From the NCBI GenBank assembly GCA_963721455.1, contig CAVRJG010000039.1, positions 218,738-282,737 on the forward strand: a stretch of DNA of 64,000 nucleotides, written 5' to 3'. How positions within the stretch are numbered: the stretch's first letter is position 1; each line of letters starts with the position of its first letter. Made by a program: the position numbers and the translations under genes. This document shows, in pieces, positions 10,772 to 20,023 of the stretch. The notes under the pieces are model-generated. The model made no database searches and had not been told where the DNA came from. It saw only the letters and a list, made by a program, of their open reading frames with translations. Origin of the DNA: an uncultured Methanosarcinaceae archaeon (lineage in GTDB: Archaea; Halobacteriota; Methanosarcinia; Methanosarcinales; Methanosarcinaceae).

Positions 10772-10831
10772 AATAAACCAAATCACTTAAATAATTACAA
10801 AGTGTATTCAACTAAAAAATTAAGATAGTTA
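10772..10831 (+). promoter_or_regulatory. conserved ~60-bp promoter element, copy 1
   Basis: aataaaccaaatcacttaaataatt...gtgtattcaactaaaaaattaagatagtta closely matches 19837-19894; contains a BRE/TATA-like cttaaata. Confidence 0.7.
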
Positions 10832-11023
10832 CGGACGTCAATGGGAGTGTACATCGGGAAAAATAAATCGCAATCGCTATGGGGTTTACCTCGAGCGTAT
10901 AGATTAGCCCTATCATTGGAAACGTGAAAAACCGAAAGCTATGTAAAGAGTGACCAGGGATTTTCATGCTCCAACAGAAAGAGCACCGGGTCAATTAAAA
11001 AAACCAGATAAACGGGGGAAACA

Positions 11024-11692
11024 ATGAACTCGACTGAATTTAAAATCCACAATTCTTCTAAAATATACGGCACCTCTGTAATCGGGAAAGACACAGTAAT
11101 ACTGGAAAATGTGATTCTGGGGTATCCTGAACACAAGATTCTGATGGAAATCCTGAAACAAAATATCGAAATTGAAGATTTTGAGTTCTCAGGCTGTTCC
11201 ATAGGCCCGAATTCGATTATAAGGGCCGGATCAACGATATTTTCCAACGTAAAAACCGGAAAAAACTTCAAAACCGGACATAATGTAATGATCAGAGAAA
11301 ATACGGAAATCGGAAACAATGTCCTCATCGGAACCAATGTCATTATAGATGGGCATGTGAAGATCGGAAATAATGTAAGCATCCAGGGCAATGTTTACAT
11401 TCCAACCAATGTTATTATCGAAGACAATGTATTTATCGGGCCCTGTGCTGTTTTGGCTAATGATAAATATCCTATTCGAAAGAAATACGAATTGAAAGGC
11501 CCCGTATTGAGAAAAGGTGCATCCATAGGTGCAAACGCCACCCTGCTTCCGGATGTGGAAATCGGGGAAGGGGCAATGGTTGCCGGGGGAGCGCTTGTGA
11601 CAAAAAGCGTGCCCGCCTGGAAGCTTGCAGTCGGAGTGCCTGCCAGTATCAGAGAACTTCCAAAAGATTTAAAGGAATTGAATCAAATATAA
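11024..11692 (+). CDS. hexapeptide-repeat sugar N-acetyltransferase (WbpD/WlbB-like)
   Basis: Left-handed beta-helix repeats, NDKYP and GASIGANATLLP motifs. Confidence 0.88.
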   Translation: MNSTEFKIHNSSKIYGTSVIGKDTVILENVILGYPEHKILMEILKQNIEIEDFEFSGCSIGPNSIIRAGSTIFSNVKTGKNFKTGHNVMIRENTEIGNNVLIGTNVIIDGHVKIGNNVSIQGNVYIPTNVIIEDNVFIGPCAVLANDKYPIRKKYELKGPVLRKGASIGANATLLPDVEIGEGAMVAGGALVTKSVPAWKLAVGVPASIRELPKDLKELNQI

Positions 11693-11758
11693 ACTTATCA
11701 AAAAACCAAAATTAAGTCGGATAAAGTTTTATTGAGATTATTAAAAAGAGGTCCGAAA

Positions 11759-12841
11759 ATGATCCCAATTGCCAAGCCCCTGCTGGGTAAGGAAGAGATT
11801 GACGCAGTATCGGAGGTCCTGAATTCAGGCATGATTGCCCAGGGCCCGAAAGTAGAAGAATTCGAGCTAGCTTTTTCCGAGTACACAGGTTGTGAGTACG
11901 CAGCCGCTGTAAACTCTGGCACTGCGGCCCTGCACATTGCGCTTCTTGCCCATGGAATAGGAAAAGAAGACGAAGTGATTACAACTCCCTTCAGCTTCAT
12001 TGCAACAGCAAATAGCATCCTTTATACCGGGGCAAAACCTGTTTTTGCAGATATCGAGCCAGATACATATAATATAGATCCTGAAAGAATTCAGGAAAAA
12101 ATCACTTCAAAAACCAGAGCCATTATGCCTGTCCACCTCTACGGACACCCTGCAGACATGAAAGCCATAATGGAAATTGCAGATGATAATAAGCTTGTTT
12201 TGATCGAAGATGCCTGCCAGTCCCATGGCGCAGAATTCCTTGGACGAAGGGTAGGAAGCTTCGGAACAGGGGCTTTCAGCTTTTACCCGACAAAAAACAT
12301 GACGACCAGCGAAGGCGGAATGCTCACTACAGACGAAAAAGAAATTGCAGAAAAGGCAAAAATGATCAGGGCTCACGGCTCAAAAGTCCGTTACCTGCAC
12401 GAAATGCTGGGTTTCAATCTGCGCATGACTGATATTGAGGCTGCAATCGGGCTTGTCCAGCTTGGAAAACTGGATAGATTTACAGCAGCCAGGCAGGAAA
12501 ACGCAGGAATACTTTCAGCAGGGTTAAAAGGCATATCCGGAATTGTGCCTGCAGAGACAAAAGCCGGCTGTACCCACGTATTCCACCAGTATACGGTCAG
12601 GGCTGAAAAGAGGGATCAACTGGCAGCTTTCCTGAAGGAAAAAGAAATAGGAACAGGAGTCCACTATCCGATACCTATTCACAAGCAACCCGTTTACAGG
12701 GAACTTGGATACAACGATTCCCTGCCTATTTCGGAAAAAGCAGCAGAAGAGGTCCTCTCCCTCCCTGTACACCCCGCATTATCCAGAACCGACTTACAGG
12801 AAATAGTCGAAGCAACCAAAGAATTTTATGCAAAGGATTGA
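11759..12841 (+). CDS. DegT/DnrJ/EryC1/StrS sugar aminotransferase (WbpE-like)
   Basis: [17 protein letters not shown] and [14 protein letters not shown] (PLP lysine) motifs. Confidence 0.93.
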   Translation: MIPIAKPLLGKEEIDAVSEVLNSGMIAQGPKVEEFELAFSEYTGCEYAAAVNSGTAALHIALLAHGIGKEDEVITTPFSFIATANSILYTGAKPVFADIEPDTYNIDPERIQEKITSKTRAIMPVHLYGHPADMKAIMEIADDNKLVLIEDACQSHGAEFLGRRVGSFGTGAFSFYPTKNMTTSEGGMLTTDEKEIAEKAKMIRAHGSKVRYLHEMLGFNLRMTDIEAAIGLVQLGKLDRFTAARQENAGILSAGLKGISGIVPAETKAGCTHVFHQYTVRAEKRDQLAAFLKEKEIGTGVHYPIPIHKQPVYRELGYNDSLPISEKAAEEVLSLPVHPALSRTDLQEIVEATKEFYAKD

Positions 12842-12886
12842 GTAATTTTCCAGCCAATGCATTTTCAGAACCAGGAAGTGAGACTT

Positions 12887-13825
12887 TTGATAAGAGTAGG
12901 AGTAATAGGTACAGGTGCCATGGGACAGAACCACGTAAGGATTTACAGTGAAATGGAAGGCGTGGAACTTGTCGGGATCTCGGATGTAGACCAGAAACGC
13001 GTCGAAGCCATGGCTACGCAGTTCAAGACAAAAGCCTTTACAGATTATAATAAGATGTTTGCTGAAGGGCTTGATGCGGTAAGTGTTGTTGTGCCCACTA
13101 AGCTGCATATGCAGGTCGTACTCGATGCCCTTGATGCGGGAATACATGTCCTTGTGGAAAAACCTATTGCAGATACGACTGAAAACGCTGACCTGATGAT
13201 CGCAGCCGCAAAAAACGCGGGGAAAATCCTTATGGTAGGGCATATCGAGCGTTTTAACCCCGCAGTCATAAAGCTCAAAGAAATTATAAACTCAGGCACT
13301 TTGGGAAAGATAGTTTCAATCTCGACCAAACGAGTGGGCCCTTATAACCCGAGGATCAGGGATGTGGGAGTAATCCTGGATATTGGTGTCCATGACATAG
13401 ATGTGATCTCATACCTTTACGGCAAGAAAATAAATAGTGTCTATGCTATTGCAGGTGCAGATATTCATTCATTTGAAGACCATGCCTCAATAATCCTGCG
13501 TATGGACCATAACTTTGCAGGAGTTGTGGAAACAAACTGGCTGACTCCCCATAAAGTAAGGCAGTTGACAGCGATCGGAGTTAAAGGTGTTGCATATCTT
13601 GATTATATTAATCAGACAGTTCAGCTTCATGACAACGAATGGATAAGAAAAGCCAAGGTGGAACCAAGCGAACCCCTGAAAAACGAACTCGCCTATTTCA
13701 TAGATTGTGCTGCAACCGGCAAAGCCCCCAACCCCTGCGGAGAAGATGGAAAACATGCCCTTGAAGTGGCAATGGCAGCCATAAAATCCTACGAAGAAGA
13801 AAGATTAATTGAAGTAGGAAAATAA
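12887..13825 (+). CDS. Gfo/Idh/MocA oxidoreductase, UDP-GlcNAc(A) 3-dehydrogenase (WbpB/GnnA-like)
   Basis: GVIGTGAMG, VEKP, GHIERFNP and DIGVHDID motifs; TTG start. Confidence 0.88.
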   Translation: MIRVGVIGTGAMGQNHVRIYSEMEGVELVGISDVDQKRVEAMATQFKTKAFTDYNKMFAEGLDAVSVVVPTKLHMQVVLDALDAGIHVLVEKPIADTTENADLMIAAAKNAGKILMVGHIERFNPAVIKLKEIINSGTLGKIVSISTKRVGPYNPRIRDVGVILDIGVHDIDVISYLYGKKINSVYAIAGADIHSFEDHASIILRMDHNFAGVVETNWLTPHKVRQLTAIGVKGVAYLDYINQTVQLHDNEWIRKAKVEPSEPLKNELAYFIDCAATGKAPNPCGEDGKHALEVAMAAIKSYEEERLIEVGK

Positions 13826-13905
13826 GCTGGAAAAAGTTTTGAGAAAGTAGAATCCCGAAATTTTCGGAACAAAACATATCTGAAAAAAATTAAAAAGTGA
13901 TAAAT

Positions 13906-15333
13906 ATGAGTAAATTGGAAAAACTTCTCAAGGAAAGAGGCCCTATAAAAAAAATTGGAGTACTTGGAATGGGCTACGTAGGTATCCCTGCGGCTGTCCT
14001 TTTTGCAGATGCCCCTTGTTTTAATAAGGTTCTCGGCTTCCAGCGCAATTCGGAAAGTTCAAGTTACAAAATCGATATGCTCAACCGCGGAGAGAGCCCT
14101 CTCAAAGGAGAAGAGCCAGGCCTCGAAGACCTTATTGGCAAAGTTGTGAAAGCCGGCAAGTTCGAGTGCACTCCCGATTTCTCAAGGATATCAGAACTTG
14201 ATGCAGTCACCCTTGCAATCCAAACTCCTTTTGCAAATCCCAAAGATCTGGAGCCTGATTTTTCCGCACTCATTGAAGGCATCAGGAATGTAGGGAAATA
14301 CCTCAGGCCAGGCATGCTTGTAGTACTCGAGTCCACAATCACCCCTGGCACGACCGAAGGCATGGCAAAACAAATTCTTGAAGAAGAGTCCGGCCTGAAA
14401 GCAGGAAAAGACTTTGCCCTTGCCCATGCCCCTGAAAGGGTAATGGTAGGCAGGCTTTTGAAAAACATCAGAGAACATGACAGGATAGTGGGCGGCATTA
14501 ATGAGGCAAGTACCCGACGGGCTGTTGAGCTATACTCTCCTGTACTGACTGTCGGAAAAGTAATTCCTATGAGTGCAACTGCAGCCGAGGTCACGAAAAC
14601 TGCAGAAAATACTTTCCGCGACCTTCAGATTGCAGCAATCAACCAGCTTGCCCTTTATTGCGAAGCCATGGGAATAAACGTGTATGATGTAAGGACAGGC
14701 GTGGACAGTTTAAAAGGAGAAGGCATTACAAGAGCTATACTCTGGCCAGGGGCAGGGGTCGGAGGACACTGTCTTACCAAGGACACATACCACCTGGAAA
14801 GAGGGGTTAAGATCGGAAGCGGGCAGCTGGATTATCCGGAAGGTGCAGATTCGATCTACGTGCTTGCACGAAAAGTCAATGATTTCATGCCTGTACACAT
14901 GTATAACCTGACTGTTGCAGCCCTTGAAAGAATTGGAAAGGAGATGAAAGGCTCAAAGGTTGCGATGCTCGGCTGGGCTTTCATCCGGGACTCGGACGAT
15001 GCCAGGAACACGCCTTCGGAACCTTACAGGGACCTCTGCCTGAAAGCCGGTGCGACAGTTACGGTGCACGACCCTTATGTTTTGAAATATCCAGGGGTTG
15101 AGATTTCGGATGATCTTGAAAAGGTTGTCAGGGACGCGGATGTTGTGGTGGTTCTTGCAGGGCACAGTGCGTACTTTAATGTAAGGGCCGACTGGGTAAA
15201 GGAAGTAACAGGTAAAGCAAATCCGGTTATTGTGGATGGAAGAAACGTAGTTGAACCGGATGAGTTTATTGGCAAGGGGTTTGTCTATAAGGGGATTGGG
15301 AGGGGAGATAAGAACAAACATGTAATAGTATGA
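13906..15333 (+). CDS. UDP-N-acetylhexosamine 6-dehydrogenase (WbpA/WecC family)
   Basis: GMGYVG, LESTITPGTT, PER, KTAEN, GVGGHC and DDARNTP motifs. Confidence 0.92.
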   Translation: MSKLEKLLKERGPIKKIGVLGMGYVGIPAAVLFADAPCFNKVLGFQRNSESSSYKIDMLNRGESPLKGEEPGLEDLIGKVVKAGKFECTPDFSRISELDAVTLAIQTPFANPKDLEPDFSALIEGIRNVGKYLRPGMLVVLESTITPGTTEGMAKQILEEESGLKAGKDFALAHAPERVMVGRLLKNIREHDRIVGGINEASTRRAVELYSPVLTVGKVIPMSATAAEVTKTAENTFRDLQIAAINQLALYCEAMGINVYDVRTGVDSLKGEGITRAILWPGAGVGGHCLTKDTYHLERGVKIGSGQLDYPEGADSIYVLARKVNDFMPVHMYNLTVAALERIGKEMKGSKVAMLGWAFIRDSDDARNTPSEPYRDLCLKAGATVTVHDPYVLKYPGVEISDDLEKVVRDADVVVVLAGHSAYFNVRADWVKEVTGKANPVIVDGRNVVEPDEFIGKGFVYKGIGRGDKNKHVIV

Positions 15334-15394
15334 ATATAAACTCTCTTTTGAGAGATTAATTCAGTCTTTCAAATCTGGAAAACGGGCGAAAACC

Positions 15395-16441
15395 ATGATT
15401 GAGAAATTAAAACAAAACGAAGAACTTTGGGATCTTTTTACCAAAAAAGAAGAATACAATTTGACCTTTTCTGACCAGTACGAAAGGTTTCCTTACTATT
15501 TAAGCAGTCAGAGGAATGTTTTTGATCCCAGAGTTTCCAGATTTCTGGTAGAAAACGGGTTACGCCCTGAGTATCCGGACGGAAAGAAATTCGCTGTTTG
15601 CCTTACTCATGATATTGATGTGGTCTATCCGGAAAAACTGTACCCGATCATTGGAACTGCCAAAGCATTTGCTAAAGGGAATTTAACAGATGCTATGAAG
15701 ACTCCTTTTTCCAGAATTAACAAGAAGTGGAATCCGTGCTGGAACTTTAGAGAAATTATGGAGATGGAAGCAAAATATAATGCCAAATCCAGCTTTTATT
15801 TTTTGGCCTTGCGTCCTGGAGAAAAGGATTTCAATTACGAAATTGAGGATCTTGAAGGAGAATTAAAGTTTATATCTGCCCATGGGTGGGAAGTCGGCCT
15901 GCATGGAGGACACGAATCCTACAAGAGCTTAGAGGACATAAAGGAAAAAAAGCAGAGACTTGAAAAGGTTCTCGGCAAAAAAATTATAGGTTACAGGAAT
16001 CATTATTTAAGGTTTAAAGTCCCGGATACATGGGAATTATTAAGCAAAGCAAACTTTAAGTATGATACAACATTCGGGTATGCAGACTGTGCAGGCTTTA
16101 GAAATGGGATGTGCCACCCTTTCAGGCCTTATAATATAAATACCGGAAAACAAATCGATATTCTCGAGCTTCCTCTTACTATTATGGATCGGACTTTACT
16201 AAGAGATTACATGCGGCTTGACGTTAAAAAAGCCTGGGAGCTCATAAAAAACCTTATTGATAAAGTTGAGCAGTACAATGGCGTGATTACAATTCTCTGG
16301 CACAATAATACATCTATCGAGGGAAAGAACCTTAAATATTACGAAAAATTCCTCGAATATGTTTACAGCAAAAAAGCGTGGATTACAAGTGGAGAGGAAA
16401 TCTTTAACTGGTGGTCTAATAACGTCGAAAAGAGACAATGA
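15395..16441 (+). CDS. polysaccharide deacetylase family protein
   Basis: LTHDID, EVGLHG, GYRNHYL, YDTT, GFRNG and ILWH motifs. Confidence 0.85.
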   Translation: MIEKLKQNEELWDLFTKKEEYNLTFSDQYERFPYYLSSQRNVFDPRVSRFLVENGLRPEYPDGKKFAVCLTHDIDVVYPEKLYPIIGTAKAFAKGNLTDAMKTPFSRINKKWNPCWNFREIMEMEAKYNAKSSFYFLALRPGEKDFNYEIEDLEGELKFISAHGWEVGLHGGHESYKSLEDIKEKKQRLEKVLGKKIIGYRNHYLRFKVPDTWELLSKANFKYDTTFGYADCAGFRNGMCHPFRPYNINTGKQIDILELPLTIMDRTLLRDYMRLDVKKAWELIKNLIDKVEQYNGVITILWHNNTSIEGKNLKYYEKFLEYVYSKKAWITSGEEIFNWWSNNVEKRQ

Positions 16442-16617
16442 AAATGTCCACACAATCTGAGAATATCTGACAATTATCAGAACTATTTAAATAAATCAAG
16501 TATTCGTACATAGATGAAACTGCACCAATAAGGACAATAGCGCTAAGTAGCTGTTTAATAAAATTCTTTTGGTTCTTCGCTGTTTTGTAGGGATTGAAAA
16601 TAATTGCTTAGTTAGAA

Positions 16618-16865
16618 CTGACTTTCCGCAGATGTCCGTTTAATTTTCACAATTTTTTCTGCTATCGTTTTTCTGAAAATTGCCCTGCTTATTCAAACAT
16701 GTTTTTTTGAAATGTCTTACACTTTTCAATCTTGTACCTTCATTGAAAGCTTCTAACTTATTTCGGGAAGCTTCAGTTGAGATAATAATTGCAATTTTAG
16801 AGCAAATATCCAAAAACGATAGCAAGAGAGAGGTTATTTTCTTGAGGACATCTGCGGAAGGTCGG
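16618..16865. mobile_element. MITE copy 1 (248 bp), IS1634-like termini
   Basis: TIRs ctgactttccgcagatgtcc / ggacatctgcggaaggtcgg; 6-bp target duplication ttagaa (16612-16617, 16866-16871); near-identical inverted copy at 43589-43838. Confidence 0.92.
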
Positions 16866-17415
16866 TTAGAAAGTAGCCAGGCTAAAAAGAGAAAACTCAA
16901 GCTTGAATGTGATTTCCAACAACAAATGTTTCGAAATTTTAGATATGCTACTTTAATATTTAGGAGATAAATGGAAGTTACCCACTTAAAACAGCGAAGA
17001 GCCATTCTTTTTTTTAATTGTGCAGGCTACTTAAAAGAAGTTAAGACGATTGACCTTGATTTCTGAAAATATTAATTTTTATGAAGTTAACAGTGAATAG
17101 CTGTATAATAACCTGTTCGTTACTGCAATGGCACCCGGCTCGACACCATAAAAAGAGCCCTCCAGTAGAGGGTCATTAAGAAAAACATCCTTATTTCAAC
17201 TTAATTGTGCTGCAAAATGAGGGGAGCAGAGAAGTTTATTCAGAAAGGATTTATCTAGAAGGGATTTTAGAAAGGAGATAAGATAAATACACACATACCA
17301 GCTGGGGAATAAACAACTATGAGGGGTCAATTTTCTTCAAATCGACGAAGTAGTGCATACTGTTGGAGGTCCCTGAAGCCGAACTCAATGCATAATGTAA
17401 GTTAAGGTACTGGCT

Positions 17416-18909
17416 ATGGATGACACAACAGCAGAAGCGACAGAAAACATATCTCAAAATAACAAGAAGGAAAGCTTTGCATTTGATGTACTGACACTTG
17501 CAGGCGGGACAACCTTTGCTCAAATCCTTACAATTCTATCTGCTCCTGTGTTGACCCGCCTGTATGGGCCTGAAGATTTCGGAGTGTGGGCTCTATACAT
17601 TTCTATCACCAGCATTATCAGCGTTATTGCGTGTATGAGGTATGAATATTCCATAATGCTGCCCGAATCGGATGAAGATGCCGTAAATCTGTTAGGGCTG
17701 AGTTTTCTGGCAGTACTTTTCGTAAGCGGTTTAACCCTTCCAATAGTATGGTATTTTAAAGAACCCATAGTTGAGATTCTGAATTCTCAGCAGATAGGAG
17801 ACTATCTCTGGCTCGTGCCTCCATTTATTTTTGCAAATGGGTTATTTCTTGCGCTGAACAACTGGAATTCAAGAACAAAACTTTTCAAAAGGCTTTCCCT
17901 TTCAAGAGTCTTCAGTTCGGTCTCGGCTACTACAACACAGATAGGTTTCGGGCTTGCAGAAAAAGTCGGTGCAGGCGGATTAATAGCTGGAAGTCTTGCC
18001 GGGCAATCTATTGCAACATTTGTGCTTGGAGGGCAGATCTGGAGAGATGATAGGAAGCTGATTGTGAGAAGCCTGCACTGGAAGAAAATCTATGAGGGGT
18101 TTAAGAAGTACCGCAAGTTTTCGCTTATAGATACCTGGGCTGCCCTTATGAACTCAGTCTCCTGGCAGCTTCCTGCCTTTCTTCTTGCGGCTTTCTTCAC
18201 GCCTGCAGTAGTAGGTTTTTACTCTCTTGGCTTTCGCCTTTTACAGCTTCCAATGAGTTTCATTGGAGGTTCGATTTCACAGGTATTCTTTCAGAGGGCA
18301 TCAAGAGCCTTATCCGAGGGCACCCTCCCTTCCCTTGTTGAAAACGTTTTCAGAATGCTTGTGATCATAGGCATGTTTCCGATACTGATCCTGACAATTG
18401 TCGGCAGTGACGTCTTTACAGTCGTTTTCGGAAAAGCCTGGGCAGAAGCAGGCGTTTACGCCCAGATCCTGAGTCTCTGGGCTTTTATATGGTTTATCTC
18501 GTCCCCATTGACCACGATATACGTAGTAGTCGAAAAGCCCCACTTCGGCTTTCACTACAATTTTTTCAACCTGATTACACGTCTTCTTTCACTGATTATA
18601 GGCGGCCTGCTGGGAAGCGCACGTCTGGCACTGATCCTTTTCTCGATCTCAGGAATTCTGGTATACGGTTACCTGTGCCTGAAGATGATGTCCTATTCCG
18701 GAGTAAAAGCTTCAACAGCCCTGAAAATAGTATTCTCCAATTTTATCCTCTTCGTCCCTGCAGGAATTGTGCTTGTTGCCTTCAAAACTGCAGAAATAAA
18801 CCAGACTCTGCTTGTTATCTTTTCAGGCGTGATTATCGGCATTTATTACCTGTATATTTTAAAAACCGATGTACAACTAAAAAAGATAATGAGCGAATTC
18901 CGAGCCTGA
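17416..18909 (+). CDS. Wzx-type oligosaccharide flippase
   Basis: LTRLYGPEDFG and VGFYSLGFRL motifs, many TM helices. Confidence 0.9.
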   Translation: MDDTTAEATENISQNNKKESFAFDVLTLAGGTTFAQILTILSAPVLTRLYGPEDFGVWALYISITSIISVIACMRYEYSIMLPESDEDAVNLLGLSFLAVLFVSGLTLPIVWYFKEPIVEILNSQQIGDYLWLVPPFIFANGLFLALNNWNSRTKLFKRLSLSRVFSSVSATTTQIGFGLAEKVGAGGLIAGSLAGQSIATFVLGGQIWRDDRKLIVRSLHWKKIYEGFKKYRKFSLIDTWAALMNSVSWQLPAFLLAAFFTPAVVGFYSLGFRLLQLPMSFIGGSISQVFFQRASRALSEGTLPSLVENVFRMLVIIGMFPILILTIVGSDVFTVVFGKAWAEAGVYAQILSLWAFIWFISSPLTTIYVVVEKPHFGFHYNFFNLITRLLSLIIGGLLGSARLALILFSISGILVYGYLCLKMMSYSGVKASTALKIVFSNFILFVPAGIVLVAFKTAEINQTLLVIFSGVIIGIYYLYILKTDVQLKKIMSEFRA

Positions 18910-19180
18910 TGAGCTGGCTCAAAAATTCGTTCGTCAAAGAGCCCTTTCTTTCCAGCAATCGCCATCAAGTTTTTTGCTGCAGGAATTATTCGGGTAAGAT
19001 TTTTTTTCAAAGGGCTTTAATGTGGCTCTGGGCATAAAGGGGCCGTGAAACTAGTAAACTGATGAATAGAGTTTTTACCAGTAGAGGTGTAGCTCGACGA
19101 TGCGCGGTCTGTTTCGCTTCGCTCAAGCAGGCTTCTGTAAATACATAGAAGATAAAAACCTGAAAAATCCCGGCCGTGTA

Positions 19181-19336
19181 TCATTCACCAGCTGATAAAC
19201 AACCTTCTTGATGCCATGGACCTTTCCGAACCTTTGCCAAGCATTCAAGAGTGCAGTAAACCGCTTTTTCTTCTGCAGTTTTCAAAACAAAGAACTCATT
19301 ACCACAAATAGGGCAAATTTTTCTCACATATTCCAT
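19181..19336 (-). CDS. 51-aa Cys4 zinc-finger micro-protein (not in the ORF track)
   Basis: Read from sequence: MEYVRKICPICGNEFFVLKTAEEKAVYCTLECLAKVRKGPWHQEGCLSAGE*; GGTGA RBS upstream of the ATG. Confidence 0.7.
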   Translation of the reverse strand: MEYVRKICPICGNEFFVLKTAEEKAVYCTLECLAKVRKGPWHQEGCLSAGE

Positions 19337-19836
19337 AGATAAATCACCATACATAGATTTTTAACAAAGAAACTTGTGTTTATTTGACACACAATCACAT
19401 TAAAATAAGTTAAGAAGTTTTAATATAGGACTGGCCAATAGATAAAAAATTTTTAGGACAGAATCTCCCTGAATCTTTCTACACCATATTTTCTCAACAA
19501 TCACGTCCATCCTAGATCAGAGATTTTGTCAGAGTACTTTCTCAGCCGTTTCAAGCCATTCCCTGTCAGCAACGACCTCTCTTACATCGTAAAGTGTCCT
19601 TACTTCAGGAGCGTGGATGGTTTCCCCAAAAATCAACACGTTTTGCATCTTTTTTCCCTCATTACAGGTTAAAAAGGTAAATTTTTAGCATAATTCCGAA
19701 AATTTTCGATTTGTAAGTGATTTGAGAATGTAATATTTCAGAGTGAAGTTATAAAATTTTTTGTGTAACTAATACAAAAACAGGATTATAATTAAGAAAG
19801 AGAGAATTAAAAAAAGCAAGATAGGGTGGTAATAAG

Positions 19837-19894
19837 AATAAACCAAATAGCTTAAATAATTTAAGGTGTAATTCAATAAAAATTAAGATAGTTA
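19837..19894 (+). promoter_or_regulatory. conserved ~60-bp promoter element, copy 2
   Basis: aataaaccaaatagcttaaataatt...gtgtaattcaataaaaattaagatagtta matches 10772-10831. Confidence 0.7.
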
Positions 19895-20023
19895 AAGGAA
19901 TCTTTAGGGAAAAAAACAGTAAAAAAACAGAAATTTAACCATTTTCGTTACCTTACTTGCATCAGATACAAAATTCAATCAGAAAAATAGTCACCTGAAC
20001 AGAAAATTTTCGGAGAAAAAGTC

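Noticed and set aside
16640-17005. ORFs 16640-17005 (-) and 16680-16970 (+)
   Set aside because: They run across the MITE and its flank, have no transposase motifs, and the second MITE copy has indels that break them.
17120-17180. gcaatggcacccggctcgac as a possible group II intron 3' end
   Set aside because: No recognisable domain V hairpin upstream and no RT remnant; too short to support.
19090-19135. gtttcgcttcgctcaagc as a possible dispersed repeat or sRNA
   Set aside because: Only one copy in the window; cannot be supported without a genome search.
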